Shown here: positions 17,086-25,346 of the stretch, piece after piece | How positions within the stretch are numbered: position 1 is the first letter of the stretch | How the letters are laid out: the number at the start of each line of letters is the position of its first letter | NCBI RefSeq assembly: GCF_004765785.1 | Contig: NZ_SBIT01000009.1 | Location: forward strand, 272,179-304,178 | DNA: 32,000 nucleotides | Direction of reading: 5' to 3' | From: Halorussus ruber | GTDB taxonomy: Archaea > Halobacteriota > Halobacteria > Halobacteriales > Haladaptataceae | The notes under the pieces: model-generated | The model's input: only the letters and a program-made list of their open reading frames with translations | Told to the model about the DNA's origin: nothing | The model's database searches: none | Made by a program: the position numbers and the translations under genes

Positions 17086-17304
17086 ATAAGGTTTGTGATT
17101 GACGTGGGCCTGTGGGCCAGTCGTCGCAAAGTGTTTAGGAGATGATGACAGCGCTGTATCCCCTCCCTACTGCGCTACTCGGTCGCTTCGCTCCCTGTGT
17201 TGCTCGTTGAGGAAGGGGACTTAGCGCCTGAAAACAGTTAAAACTTCAGTTCGGTCGCGCTCGTCCGCGAGTTCGCTTTCTCCCACTCCGGAAAAACCGG
17301 CGTC

Positions 17305-17718
17305 TCAGACGATTTCGCCGTCCCGAAGCAGGTCCGCGACGACGTGGACGTAGAGGACGCCCGCGGTAAAGAGGCCGTAGACCGGCGCGACCAGCGCGAG
17401 GCCCCCGACCAGCGCGCCGCCGACCAGCGCGTGGGAGAGCAGGCGATGCGTTTCGAGCGTCCGGGTGTCAACGCCGTCGAAGACCCGCTCCTGCTCGGTG
17501 AACGCGAACTTCGGGTCGGTGGCGCACCGCCGGAAGTGCGACCAGTCGCCCGCGTGGTATCGCGCGACGACGAAGTGGTCGAGATCGATGAACACCGAGA
17601 GGAGGACGCCGTAGGCGACCAGCGCGAGCGCCTCGACCGGAAAGCCGACCTCGGGGAGCGCCGCGACGAGGAGTCCAGACGCCAGCGCGCCGAGCGTGGC
17701 GTGTTCGGGGGACTTCAT
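17305..17718 (-). CDS. membrane-bound metal-dependent hydrolase, YdjM/DUF457-like
   Basis: 137 aa, four hydrophobic spans. N-terminal His (SPEHATLG) and an FIDLDH motif are typical of this family. Confidence 0.6.
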   Translation of the reverse strand: MKSPEHATLGALASGLLVAALPEVGFPVEALALVAYGVLLSVFIDLDHFVVARYHAGDWSHFRRCATDPKFAFTEQERVFDGVDTRTLETHRLLSHALVGGALVGGLALVAPVYGLFTAGVLYVHVVADLLRDGEIV

Positions 17719-17766
17719 CGCCCGGGGGTTCGCAGGCCGGGGAGTTAGTTGGTTGGGGTCCTCCCG

Positions 17767-18390
17767 TCACCCGCTCTCGCTGACCGGAATCTGGACCGCG
17801 TCCTCGGGGTCTGGCTCTGAATCGTCCTCAGACCCGGAACCCGGCCGGTCGGGGACCGCCTCGCGCACGGCCTCCGAAATTCCGAGTTCCGGCCCGGCGT
17901 CGGCGAGGTCGGACGCCTTCGGCAGGGCGAAGTCCGGCGCGGAGTCAGGCAGGTGGGCGTCCGGCGGGGTGGCATCCGGCAGGCCGACCTCCGGAGCGTC
18001 CGGCATCTCGATTTCCTCCGCCACGTCGGGCGTGTCGCGCTCGACCGTCCGGAACTGGCGGTAGAACTCGGCGAAGGTGATGGCTTCCTCCTCGGTCCCC
18101 TCGAAGGCCTCGTTCAGCGCCGCCACGTTCTCGCCGAGGTACTCCGTGAGGGCGTGCTCCTCGCCGTACTTCTCGGCGGCGCGGTCGTGGAGGAACCCGC
18201 CGACGGCGACTCCTCCGGTGTTGGCGTACTTGACGATAGTGCCCTGATTCTCGTAGACGATTTGCCCGGCGAACAGCGCCGCGCCGAGGTAGTTGGTCGA
18301 GATGCCGAGTTTGGTTGCGACCGGCTTGACGACCGTGAGCGGGATGTCGCTGTGTTTGACGAGCCACGAGGCGATGTGATGGGTGGGCAT
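17767..18390 (-). CDS. hypothetical protein with an acidic Pro/Asp-rich C-terminal region
   Basis: 207 aa, ATG start, haloarchaeal codon and composition pattern. The C-terminus has reiterated P-D-A/LPD segments. No family recognised. Confidence 0.6.
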   Translation of the reverse strand: MPTHHIASWLVKHSDIPLTVVKPVATKLGISTNYLGAALFAGQIVYENQGTIVKYANTGGVAVGGFLHDRAAEKYGEEHALTEYLGENVAALNEAFEGTEEEAITFAEFYRQFRTVERDTPDVAEEIEMPDAPEVGLPDATPPDAHLPDSAPDFALPKASDLADAGPELGISEAVREAVPDRPGSGSEDDSEPDPEDAVQIPVSESG

Positions 18391-18629
18391 TGAGTGTGTT
18401 GGGTAGTGGATGAGGACGGGTTACTGTTGTGGCGGGGTTTGCTCCAAGCATCATGATGTGCGGACAAAGAAACAGGAGGACAGGCTCGGAAGGAATATCT
18501 TGACTTGCTCTAATTTTCAAGGTATCACAGGCGGGTCAGCCATCGAGGAAGGCCGTGACGGTTGGTTGTTTTGTCTGTCCCATTAACCAGACAGAAACAT
18601 TATAGTCAAGCTACAGTCTATCTGGTCTT

Positions 18630-19223
18630 ATGACAGATGAGACCGAGGAGATACTTGATAATGCAAGGACGACACTACAAACGGCCTATCGAGGATACAA
18701 ACAGTTTCAGCAAGGCGAGGGCCAAACAAAGCTAATCGGGCTTCGGAATGCGGTTGTGTTTGGTCGGTCTGTTACTTTTGTTTTGCAGAAGCTACGGGGG
18801 ATTTATGGACGGGACTTCGACGAGTGGTATGCTTGGAGAGAGAAGGTATTTCGAGAGGATGAGGTATGCCGACGAATTTCTGAAATGCGAAATGAGATAC
18901 TGAAGGAGGGCGAGGCGAGTGTTAGTAATTATGCTAAGATTAGTGCAACAGGTCAAGAAATACGGAGCATAGCTCCTCCAGAAGCAAAGTCAATCTTTAT
19001 CGGCGACCAGTATGGAGGTTCTGGATACACAATCGAAACCCGAGATGGAGAAGAAAAGAAATTCTATGTCAAGATTCCAGATGGAATAGAGATTGAGACA
19101 GGACTCCTCATTCCAGAACTCGATAGTCCCGGAGATGCTGAAGACGACATTCGGTACTATATCAAGCTAATGGCTGAGACCGTTTCTGATGCCAGAACAG
19201 AGTTCGGAAACCAAGATCAGTAG
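18630..19223 (+). CDS. hypothetical protein in a low-GC islet
   Basis: 197 aa, ATG start, markedly AT-richer than the window. No recognisable motif. A GGAGTC/GACTCC hairpin lies just downstream. Confidence 0.6.
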   Translation: MTDETEEILDNARTTLQTAYRGYKQFQQGEGQTKLIGLRNAVVFGRSVTFVLQKLRGIYGRDFDEWYAWREKVFREDEVCRRISEMRNEILKEGEASVSNYAKISATGQEIRSIAPPEAKSIFIGDQYGGSGYTIETRDGEEKKFYVKIPDGIEIETGLLIPELDSPGDAEDDIRYYIKLMAETVSDARTEFGNQDQ

Positions 19224-19451
19224 TAAGTTGCCGGAGTCCAGTCTGTACCGACTCCATACTTCTTTTCTATCTTGGATTTCACTAGTCGGAGATACTCCAA
19301 TTGGTGCGTCGAGAGAGGTATCATTGGATGTAATCGCGGTACGGGAGCGACCACTGTAACCCGAACGACTGAAAACTGAACCACGGGGTAGGGGTGTTCT
19401 TTATAAGAAATCCGCCGCTGTCTGTGGGTTAGGAATAAGTCGATAAGGTAG

Positions 19452-19631
19452 TGGGGTCGGAGGGATTTGAACCCCCGATCGACTGATATCTCCGGTGTGT
19501 GCGCCTCGGAACTCCAGAGGGTCGTCGTCGCGGACCGATGATCAGTCGGCCGCTCGGTATATCAGCTGGAGTTTCGTCCCGGGCGCGTAGCCTCTGGAGT
19601 CAGTCGCCATCCCTGACTTGGCCACGACCCC
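19452..19631 (-). tRNA. trnW: tRNA-Trp (anticodon CCA) with a 106-nt intron
   Basis: Exon 1 (19594-19631): GGGGTCGTGGCCAAGTCAGGGATGGCGACTGACTCCAG. Exon 2 (19452-19487): ATCAGTCGATCGGGGGTTCAAATCCCTCCGACCCCA. Acceptor GGGGTCG/CGACCCC and anticodon stem ACTGA/TCAGT both pair. Confidence 0.9.
19488..19593 (-). ncRNA. tRNA-Trp intron carrying box C/D-like guide elements
   Basis: Intron CCTCTGGAGT is complementary to the anticodon region ACTCCAGAGG; C34 pairs with the 5th nt upstream of a CCGA D-like box. CGACTGAT is complementary to exon 2 ATCAGTCG (position 39 region). CTGA/TGAT motifs are present. Confidence 0.65.
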
Positions 19632-19672
19632 GCAGGCATTCGTTGGTGGATTCTCACTAAAGGGGTTTCGAT

Positions 19673-19900
19673 TTATTCTCGGTCGGTATCTGACCAGTCG
19701 CACTCTTGGCACTTCCAGCCGGTGACGAACTCCGTCACGCTCGGCATGTACCCGACCTCCAGTACGTCTTCGCCGCACTCCGGGCACTCGCGGTCGGTGT
19801 CTTCGATGGACTCGGCGTCCATCACGTCCTCGCCCTCTATCATCTCGGCGAGGGCCACCGGCGTCACCATGCGACCCTGCACGACGCGGTTGTCGGCCAT
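19673..19900 (-). CDS. small zinc-ribbon protein (CPxCG type)
   Basis: 75 aa, acidic, with CPECG ... CQEC cysteine pairs. Confidence 0.7.
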   Translation of the reverse strand: MADNRVVQGRMVTPVALAEMIEGEDVMDAESIEDTDRECPECGEDVLEVGYMPSVTEFVTGWKCQECDWSDTDRE

Positions 19901-20044
19901 GTCCTACGAAAGCGGGTCCGGCGGGGTAAGCCTTCCCGTTGCTGGTCGCTCAGACGTTCGGGAATACGAGACCAGTCGGCGAGTCAGGCCGAGCGAATCA
20001 GCGAATCGGCCATCGAGAACCAGTTTCGTCGGGTTACGACTCAG

Positions 20045-20986
20045 TCACAGCCACGGTTCGCGCTCGTCGCCGTCCTCGTTGGGATAACCGTAGCCCGCGT
20101 CGGCGGCGTCCGAACTGCTCGACCCGCCCGAGCCGTCGGTGGCGACCGCCTGCGCGACCCCGGTCGGCGCGGGTTCGGTCTCGGCCGTGGGTTCGGCGTT
20201 CATGGCCTCGGTGGCGGCAGTCTGCTCGGTGTCGTCCTCAGACTCCTCGGCCTCCTCGGACTCGACCGAGGAGGGGTCGAACGCGAGGAGGCTCGTGACC
20301 GCCAGCACCGCCAGCGGGGCGTTGCCGGGCGCGAGGCCGAGCAGGCTCAGGGGCAGGACGCCCAGCGCGACCGCGCTCCCGAAGCGGAAGCGGTCGATGT
20401 CCACGACGTCGCGGAGCCACGGCGAGGTCAGCGCGACCGCCAGCGCGAACCCGACGCCAGTCGCGGCGGCCGCGGTGGCGCGCAGGATGAGTCCGTAATC
20501 GACCACGGCCAGCTCGAACCCGGAGGGTTGGAAGCTGGCTATCATCCCCAGACCGACGATGACGCCCGGACCGGGCAGGTACTCGCCGATGCGGGAACTC
20601 GCCGTCTTCGCGGCGATGGCGAGCATGACCAGCGCGGCGAACCGCTTGAACGTCTCGGGGCGGAGGACGCTCTCGATGGTCGGCGCGAACGCGGCCTCGA
20701 CCGCGGCGAGCGCGACGATGCCGACGCCGACGGTCAGCACGGAGGCGGCCTGCTGGCGGGGCGTGCCGTCCATCTCGGCGAGGATGACCGCGACGGTCGC
20801 GCTCCCGCCGAAGACGAGCAGGCCGACCTGCAACATGCCCGTGACGGTGCTGACGCCCCCTGCGAGGACGAGCGCGGGGAAGATGCCGTCCACCAGCGGG
20901 AGGCCCATGACGGTGGCTAACAGCTTCGTCGCGCCGCCTACCTGTTGCTCTAAGCGGAGTGCGACCGGATGCTGTGAGCTACTCAT
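20045..20986 (-). CDS. polytopic membrane protein with an acidic C-terminal tail
   Basis: 313 aa, at least 7 hydrophobic spans. The acidic tail (ESEEAEESEDDTEQ...) ends in NEDGDEREPWL. Confidence 0.8.
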   Translation of the reverse strand: MSSSQHPVALRLEQQVGGATKLLATVMGLPLVDGIFPALVLAGGVSTVTGMLQVGLLVFGGSATVAVILAEMDGTPRQQAASVLTVGVGIVALAAVEAAFAPTIESVLRPETFKRFAALVMLAIAAKTASSRIGEYLPGPGVIVGLGMIASFQPSGFELAVVDYGLILRATAAAATGVGFALAVALTSPWLRDVVDIDRFRFGSAVALGVLPLSLLGLAPGNAPLAVLAVTSLLAFDPSSVESEEAEESEDDTEQTAATEAMNAEPTAETEPAPTGVAQAVATDGSGGSSSSDAADAGYGYPNEDGDEREPWL

Positions 20987-20992
20987 TGGACA

Positions 20993-21214
20993 CTAGCTGG
21001 CGTGGCCGTAACCACCGGCCGAGCGGTAGTGATACTCGCGGTACCTACGATGGTCGCCGGTCGAGAGGTTCTCGCCGAAATTCCATCGCCGTCCCACGAA
21101 TAGATTCTCTACCAGTGTAAGGAGTCCCATCGCAAAAATCGGTTTGCAGGAAACTGCGGAGTCAGCACTCGTCTGACCTGCAATGCGTGCGGCGATGGGA
21201 CTGGTAGAGTCCAT
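20993..21214 (-). CDS. possible small membrane protein (73 aa) in operon-like position
   Basis: ATG 21214 (MDSTSPIAARIAG...). The stop is 7 nt upstream of the ATG of the 20045..20986 gene. One hydrophobic span. Weak support. Confidence 0.35.
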   Translation of the reverse strand: MDSTSPIAARIAGQTSADSAVSCKPIFAMGLLTLVENLFVGRRWNFGENLSTGDHRRYREYHYRSAGGYGHAS

Positions 21215-21378
21215 GTTAGACAAAAAACGGGTTTGGAGCATAAACGTTGCGTGAGAGAGAACCCCAATCAACAGAAAATAGTAGATTAAGTTCAAATAGT
21301 GAGTCAAAGATATACACCTATGACCACAGTATTTCCACGTTCTTCAGATACCTCTGCTGACATACTGTCGCGGCGAGG

Positions 21379-21407
21379 GTGTTACACTCTCGGTGGAAGT
21401 GTTACAC
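21379..21407. promoter_or_regulatory. two copies of the 9-bp palindrome GTGTTACAC, 20 bp apart, upstream of guaB
   Basis: Copies at 21379-21387 and 21399-21407 read directly, with two helical turns between centres. They lie 85-110 nt upstream of ATG 21491. Confidence 0.4.
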
Positions 21408-21490
21408 GACCGTGCATATCGGTGTGTGACTGAATGGTAAAGGTTGCAGAATCTCGCAACGTTTTTGACGGGGGGCTACCTTCGCCTTAC

Positions 21491-22984
21491 ATGGAGAGAG
21501 ATTCTGAGCGGACCGGAGCGTTCACCGATAAACTCCGCGTACCGGAAGCGTTGACGTTCGACGACGTACTTCTGCGCCCGAAAGAGAGCCGCGTCGAACC
21601 CGACGAGGCCGACGTTTCGACTCGCGTCTCGACCAACGTCGAGTTGAACGTCCCGATTCTGTCCGCCGCGATGGACACCGTCACCGAGAGCCAGATGGCC
21701 ATCGCCATGGCTCGACAGGGAGGTCTCGGCGTCCTCCACCGAAACATGGACGTGGACGAAGTGGTCGCGGAAGTCGAGCGCGTCAAGCGCGCCGACGAAC
21801 TCGTCATCCGCGACGTGGTGACCGCCGACCCCGAGCAGACCGTCCGCGAGGTGGACAAGATGATGGACCGACGGGGCGTCTCGGGCGCGCCCGTCATCGA
21901 CGAGGAGGACCAAGTACTCGGCATCATCTCGGGGACCGACATCCGGCCCTACCTCGAAGTCGGCGAGAGCGACGAGGTCCGCGAGGCCATGACCGACGAG
22001 GTCATCACCGCTGGCGAGGACGTGACCCCCCGCGAGGCGCTCGAACTCATGTACGAACACAAAATCGAGCGCGTCCCCATCGTGGACGAGGACGACCGCC
22101 TCACCGGTCTCGTCACGATGCAGGGCATCCTCCAACGCCGCGAGTACGGCGACGCCGCCCGCGACGAGAACGGGCACCTGCTGGTCGGGGCCGCGGTCGG
22201 CCCCTTCGAGACGGACCGCGCCGTCGCCGTGGACGAGGCCGGTGCCGACGTTCTCTTTATCGACTGTGCACACGCGCACAACCTCAACGTCATCGACGGC
22301 GCGCGCGAAATCAAGGAGTCCGTCGAGGCCGACGTCGTGGTCGGCAACGTCGGCACCCGCGAGGCCGCCGAGGACATCGTGGACTTCGCCGACGGCATCA
22401 AGGTCGGCATCGGTCCGGGATCCATCTGCACGACGCGAGTCGTCTCCGGGGCCGGAATGCCCCAGATTACCGCGGTCGCAGAGGTCGCGGACGTCGCCAC
22501 CGAGGAGGACGTGCCAGTCATCGCCGACGGCGGCATCCGATACTCCGGTGACGCCATCAAGGCCATCGCGGCGGGCGCTGACGCCGTGATGCTCGGGTCG
22601 TACTTCGCGGGCACCGACGAAGCGCCCGGCCGAGTCATCACCGTGGACGGCAAGAAGTACAAGCAGTACCGCGGCATGGGGTCGGTCGGCGCGATGCAGT
22701 CCGGCGACGGCGACCGCTACCTCAAGGACGAACCCGACGAGGAGGAAGAGTACGTCCCCGAGGGCGTCGAGGCCGCCGAACCCTACAAGGGAAGCCTCGA
22801 AAGCGAACTCCACCAGCTCGTCGGCGGGATGCAGTCGGGCATGGGCTACGTCGGCGCGGAGACGATTCCGGCGTTCAAGGAGCGAAGCGAGTTCATCCGG
22901 GTCTCCTCGGCGGGCCAGACCGAGGGCCACCCCCACGACGTGATGATTACCGACGAAGCGCCGAACTACAGCCCGAGCGAGTAA
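21491..22984 (+). CDS. guaB: IMP dehydrogenase
   Basis: [19 protein letters not shown], a CBS pair, catalytic [11 protein letters not shown], and [11 protein letters not shown] 21491 is preferred over the ORF-track start at 21434. Confidence 0.93.
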   Translation: MERDSERTGAFTDKLRVPEALTFDDVLLRPKESRVEPDEADVSTRVSTNVELNVPILSAAMDTVTESQMAIAMARQGGLGVLHRNMDVDEVVAEVERVKRADELVIRDVVTADPEQTVREVDKMMDRRGVSGAPVIDEEDQVLGIISGTDIRPYLEVGESDEVREAMTDEVITAGEDVTPREALELMYEHKIERVPIVDEDDRLTGLVTMQGILQRREYGDAARDENGHLLVGAAVGPFETDRAVAVDEAGADVLFIDCAHAHNLNVIDGAREIKESVEADVVVGNVGTREAAEDIVDFADGIKVGIGPGSICTTRVVSGAGMPQITAVAEVADVATEEDVPVIADGGIRYSGDAIKAIAAGADAVMLGSYFAGTDEAPGRVITVDGKKYKQYRGMGSVGAMQSGDGDRYLKDEPDEEEEYVPEGVEAAEPYKGSLESELHQLVGGMQSGMGYVGAETIPAFKERSEFIRVSSAGQTEGHPHDVMITDEAPNYSPSE

Positions 22985-23076
22985 ACGCCCGGAGCTGAGT
23001 CAGAATCGTGAGTACGGCGAGAGTGAGGGGTAGACGACCCTGACCACCCTGTCTCGCTCGGTGAGACAGCTGCCAT

Positions 23077-23116
23077 CCTGGCGGACTGAAAGGGCGAACC
23101 GCGCGAGGGCTTTCGA
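23077..23116. repeat. GC-rich intergenic repeat module (uninterrupted version of the 29468-29651 element)
   Basis: CCTGGCGGACTGAAAGGGCGAACCGCGCGAGGGCTTTCGA. Its two 21-bp halves recur at 29468-29488 and 29631-29651. Confidence 0.85.
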
Positions 23117-23214
23117 GGACACTGCGGTTTTGTCGGCTCCTGTTGTCCCTCTATCCAACTCCGAACATCAACCGAACCCCGACAAAAAACGAAACGACGA
23201 GTCGGTCGCCTGAT

Positions 23215-23331
23215 TCAACTGCTGGTCTGGCACTTCGGACTACAGTACCCGTTTTCCGCGGCGTTCGCGCTCTCGTGCGCCTTGAACTCGTCACCGCAGT
23301 TGTCGCAGGTGTAGGTTTCGAAGTCCGACAT
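23215..23331 (-). CDS. zinc-finger micro-protein (38 aa), below the ORF-track size cutoff
   Basis: Hand translation gives MSDFETYTCDNCGDEFKAHESANAAENGYCSPKCQTSS with CxxC ... CxxxC, an ATG start and a TGA stop. It is divergent from the GNAT gene. Confidence 0.5.
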   Translation of the reverse strand: MSDFETYTCDNCGDEFKAHESANAAENGYCSPKCQTSS

Positions 23332-23411
23332 TGCGGCGGGCGATTGGGTCGCCGAAGCCAAAAATTTCTCGTTCCGAAACGTTCAGGCCGGTGGGACAGG
23401 TAGCCAGACCG

Positions 23412-23858
23412 ATGAGCTACCGAGTCTGTCGCGCCGAGACCGACGCCCAGCAGGCCGACGCCCTCGAAGTCCGCCGGGCCGTCTTCATCGAGGAGCAGGG
23501 CGTCCCCGAGTCGCTCGAAATCGACGGGAAGGACGACGAATCCGTCCACGTCGTCGCCTATCAAAATGGAGGGGAGGGTTCGACCCCGGTCGGCGCGGGC
23601 CGCCTGCGCGAGGTCGAGGAGGGCGTCGGGAAACTCGAACGCATCGCGGTGCTGGAACCCCACCGCGGGAACGGAATCGGGAGCGACCTCGTCGCCGAAC
23701 TCGAAGCCGTCGCCGACGAGCGCGGCCTCTCGACGCTCACGATGCACGCCCAGACCCCTGTCGAGGGGATGTACCGGAGTCTGGGCTACGAGACCACCAG
23801 CGGCGAGTTCGAGGAGGCCGGGATTCCCCACGTCGAGATGGAGAAGTCGCTATCCTGA
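23412..23858 (+). CDS. GNAT-family N-acetyltransferase
   Basis: VRRAVFIEEQGVP and the acetyl-CoA motif RIAVLEPHRGNGIGSDLV. ATG 23412 is preferred over the ORF-track start at 23331. Confidence 0.88.
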   Translation: MSYRVCRAETDAQQADALEVRRAVFIEEQGVPESLEIDGKDDESVHVVAYQNGGEGSTPVGAGRLREVEEGVGKLERIAVLEPHRGNGIGSDLVAELEAVADERGLSTLTMHAQTPVEGMYRSLGYETTSGEFEEAGIPHVEMEKSLS

Positions 23859-23861
23859 ACG

Positions 23862-24659
23862 CTAGTTTTCGGCGGTGCTGACCGCAGAGTCTACAGTTCT
23901 ATTCGGCGAGACTCCCGCCCCGTTCGACTCCACGGCAGTCCCGTTCGACCCGACTGCCGTGCCGTTCGGCGGGGCCGTCACGTCTCGCTCGCCCTCGTGG
24001 TCCGCCAGCCACTGGCGATACGTGTCGGGGGGCACGACGACGCGGGTCCGCATCCGGGCGTGGCCCGCGCCGCAGAACTCCGCGCAGTACCCGCGGTACT
24101 CGCCGGTCTGGAGGACTCTCGTCTTGATTATCGTGTCGTTGCCGGGGAACACGTCCTGCTTGAGGCCGAGTTCCGGCACGTACATCGAGTGAAGCACGTC
24201 GGCCGACCGGAGTTCGAGCGAGACGTTCCGGTCCCGCGGCACCACGAGGAGGTCCTGCGTCGTCAGACTGGCCTCCTCGTATTCGAACTCCCACTGATAG
24301 GCCAGCGCGTCCACGGTGACGTCGTTCTCCACCCGCGACTCCTCGGCCTCGGGGGTCGGCGTGATGAACGGACTGGTGAGGACGGTGTACGCCGCCACGC
24401 CGACGAACACGAGGACGATGCCGGTGGCGACGGTCCACGTGATTTCGAGCGCCGGGTCCTCGGCGGTCGGTTCCGGGTTCTCGTTGTCCCGAAACCGGAC
24501 GACGGCGTAGACGAGGATGACCTCCACGAACAGCGTCAGCGGGAGCGCGACGTAGAGCAACTGGGTGTTCAACTGGTCGATGAGGTTCCGGTTGACCGAC
24601 TGGGCCGCCGCTGGCGTCGCAAGGCCGACGAGCAGTCCGAGGACTGTCCACGCTACCAC
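23862..24659 (-). CDS. coxB: heme-copper (cytochrome c) oxidase subunit II
   Basis: Signal/TM N-terminus. CuA site HSMYVPELG ... CAEFCGAGHARM. GTG start. Confidence 0.9.
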   Translation of the reverse strand: MVAWTVLGLLVGLATPAAAQSVNRNLIDQLNTQLLYVALPLTLFVEVILVYAVVRFRDNENPEPTAEDPALEITWTVATGIVLVFVGVAAYTVLTSPFITPTPEAEESRVENDVTVDALAYQWEFEYEEASLTTQDLLVVPRDRNVSLELRSADVLHSMYVPELGLKQDVFPGNDTIIKTRVLQTGEYRGYCAEFCGAGHARMRTRVVVPPDTYRQWLADHEGERDVTAPPNGTAVGSNGTAVESNGAGVSPNRTVDSAVSTAEN

Positions 24660-24662
24660 CCC

Positions 24663-24893
24663 ATGTCGAATTCCGAGAGCCAGCGACTCGCCACCGACCC
24701 GAACGCCCCCTCGCTCGACCGACTCGACGCCGAGGACCTCTCGCCCGCCGAACGCCGCGCCATCGAAACGGCGCTCGAAGACCCCGGCCGCGAGGCCGAC
24801 GTTCGCGGGGCGTCGCCGAACCGCGAGGCCTTCGAGCGGGGCGCGCTGGTCGAGTACGAGGAGAGCGTGCAGTACGTCACCGTCGTCTCGTGA
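24663..24893 (+). CDS. small acidic hypothetical protein (76 aa)
   Basis: MSNSESQRLATDPNAPSLDRLDAEDLSPAERRAIETALEDPG... has halophilic composition. Its start is only 3 nt from the divergent coxB start, which is unusual. Confidence 0.4.
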   Translation: MSNSESQRLATDPNAPSLDRLDAEDLSPAERRAIETALEDPGREADVRGASPNREAFERGALVEYEESVQYVTVVS

Positions 24894-24908
24894 ATCGAGT
24901 GCCTCGGC

Positions 24909-25037
24909 GTGGACCCGCTGTTGCTCCCGCTGGGACTCGTCGCCATCCTGCTGGGCGTCGCCGGTATCCTCACGCCGCCAGCCTACCGGCGGTTGCTCGC
25001 CAGCGAGACCGACTCGGGGAGTCGGTGGATTCGGTGA
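24909..25037 (+). CDS. possible single-helix micro-protein (42 aa)
   Basis: GTG start 16 nt after the upstream stop. VDPLLLPLGLVAILLGVAGILTPPAYRRLLASETDSGSRWIR. Hand-translated; weak support. Confidence 0.25.
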   Translation: MDPLLLPLGLVAILLGVAGILTPPAYRRLLASETDSGSRWIR

Positions 25038-25041
25038 AGAA

Positions 25042-25305
25042 TCAGAATCCCACGACCGCGCCGACGTACAGCACCGCCACGAGGAGCAGTCAGACCGCGT
25101 CCACGAAGTGCCAGTACAGCGAGACGGTGGAGACGGAAGTGTCCCGGTCCGGACCGTACTGACCGGCGAGCGCCAGCGTGACCCCGGCGTAGAGCAGTCC
25201 CGCGCCCGCCGCGCCGACGAGCGGTCAGCGACTCCGCTCGTGGTGGTCGGTGTCTTCGCCGCGGTCCTCCGGTCGCTCGGTGCCGTGCGCGTCCCCTGCC
25301 CCCAT
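25042..25305 (-). pseudogene. COX3-like (heme-copper oxidase subunit III C-terminal helices) ORF with two in-frame TGA codons
   Basis: Codon-by-codon translation gives MGAGDAHGTERPEDRGEDTDHHERSR*PLVGAAGAGLLYAGVTLALAGQYGPDRDTSVSTVSLYWHFVDAV*LLLVAVLYVGAVVGF. The internal TGA codons are at 25225-25227 and 25090-25092. Confidence 0.6.
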
Positions 25306-25346
25306 CACAGTCTGGTGACGAGCGCGAGCGACAAAAGTTCGAGTGT

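Larger units (their letters stand above)
15664..17130 (-). mobile_element. IS200/IS605-type element lacking tnpA (tnpB plus small RHH ORF); ends approximate
   Basis: tnpB with a terminal hairpin module at the right end and an imperfect palindrome TGGGCC-TGT-GGGCCA near 17105-17120 at the putative left end. No Y1 transposase ORF is visible. Confidence 0.5.

Noticed and set aside
18400-19631. Complete integrated provirus or plasmid at tRNA-Trp
   Set aside because: There is no integrase and no duplicated tRNA 3' segment, and the islet contains only one ORF in about 1 kb. At most it is a decayed remnant, so it is reported only as a low-interest finding.
19542-19787. 81-aa minus-strand ORF
   Set aside because: It overlaps the tRNA-Trp intron and exon 1 and has an Arg-rich, non-protein-like sequence.
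25042-25305. Genome-wide TGA-to-Trp reassignment as the explanation for the two in-frame TGA codons
   Set aside because: Many well-supported genes in the window terminate on TGA at the expected protein ends, including 28..1248, the HalOD1 gene and the GNAT gene. The long ORFs are intact under the standard code.
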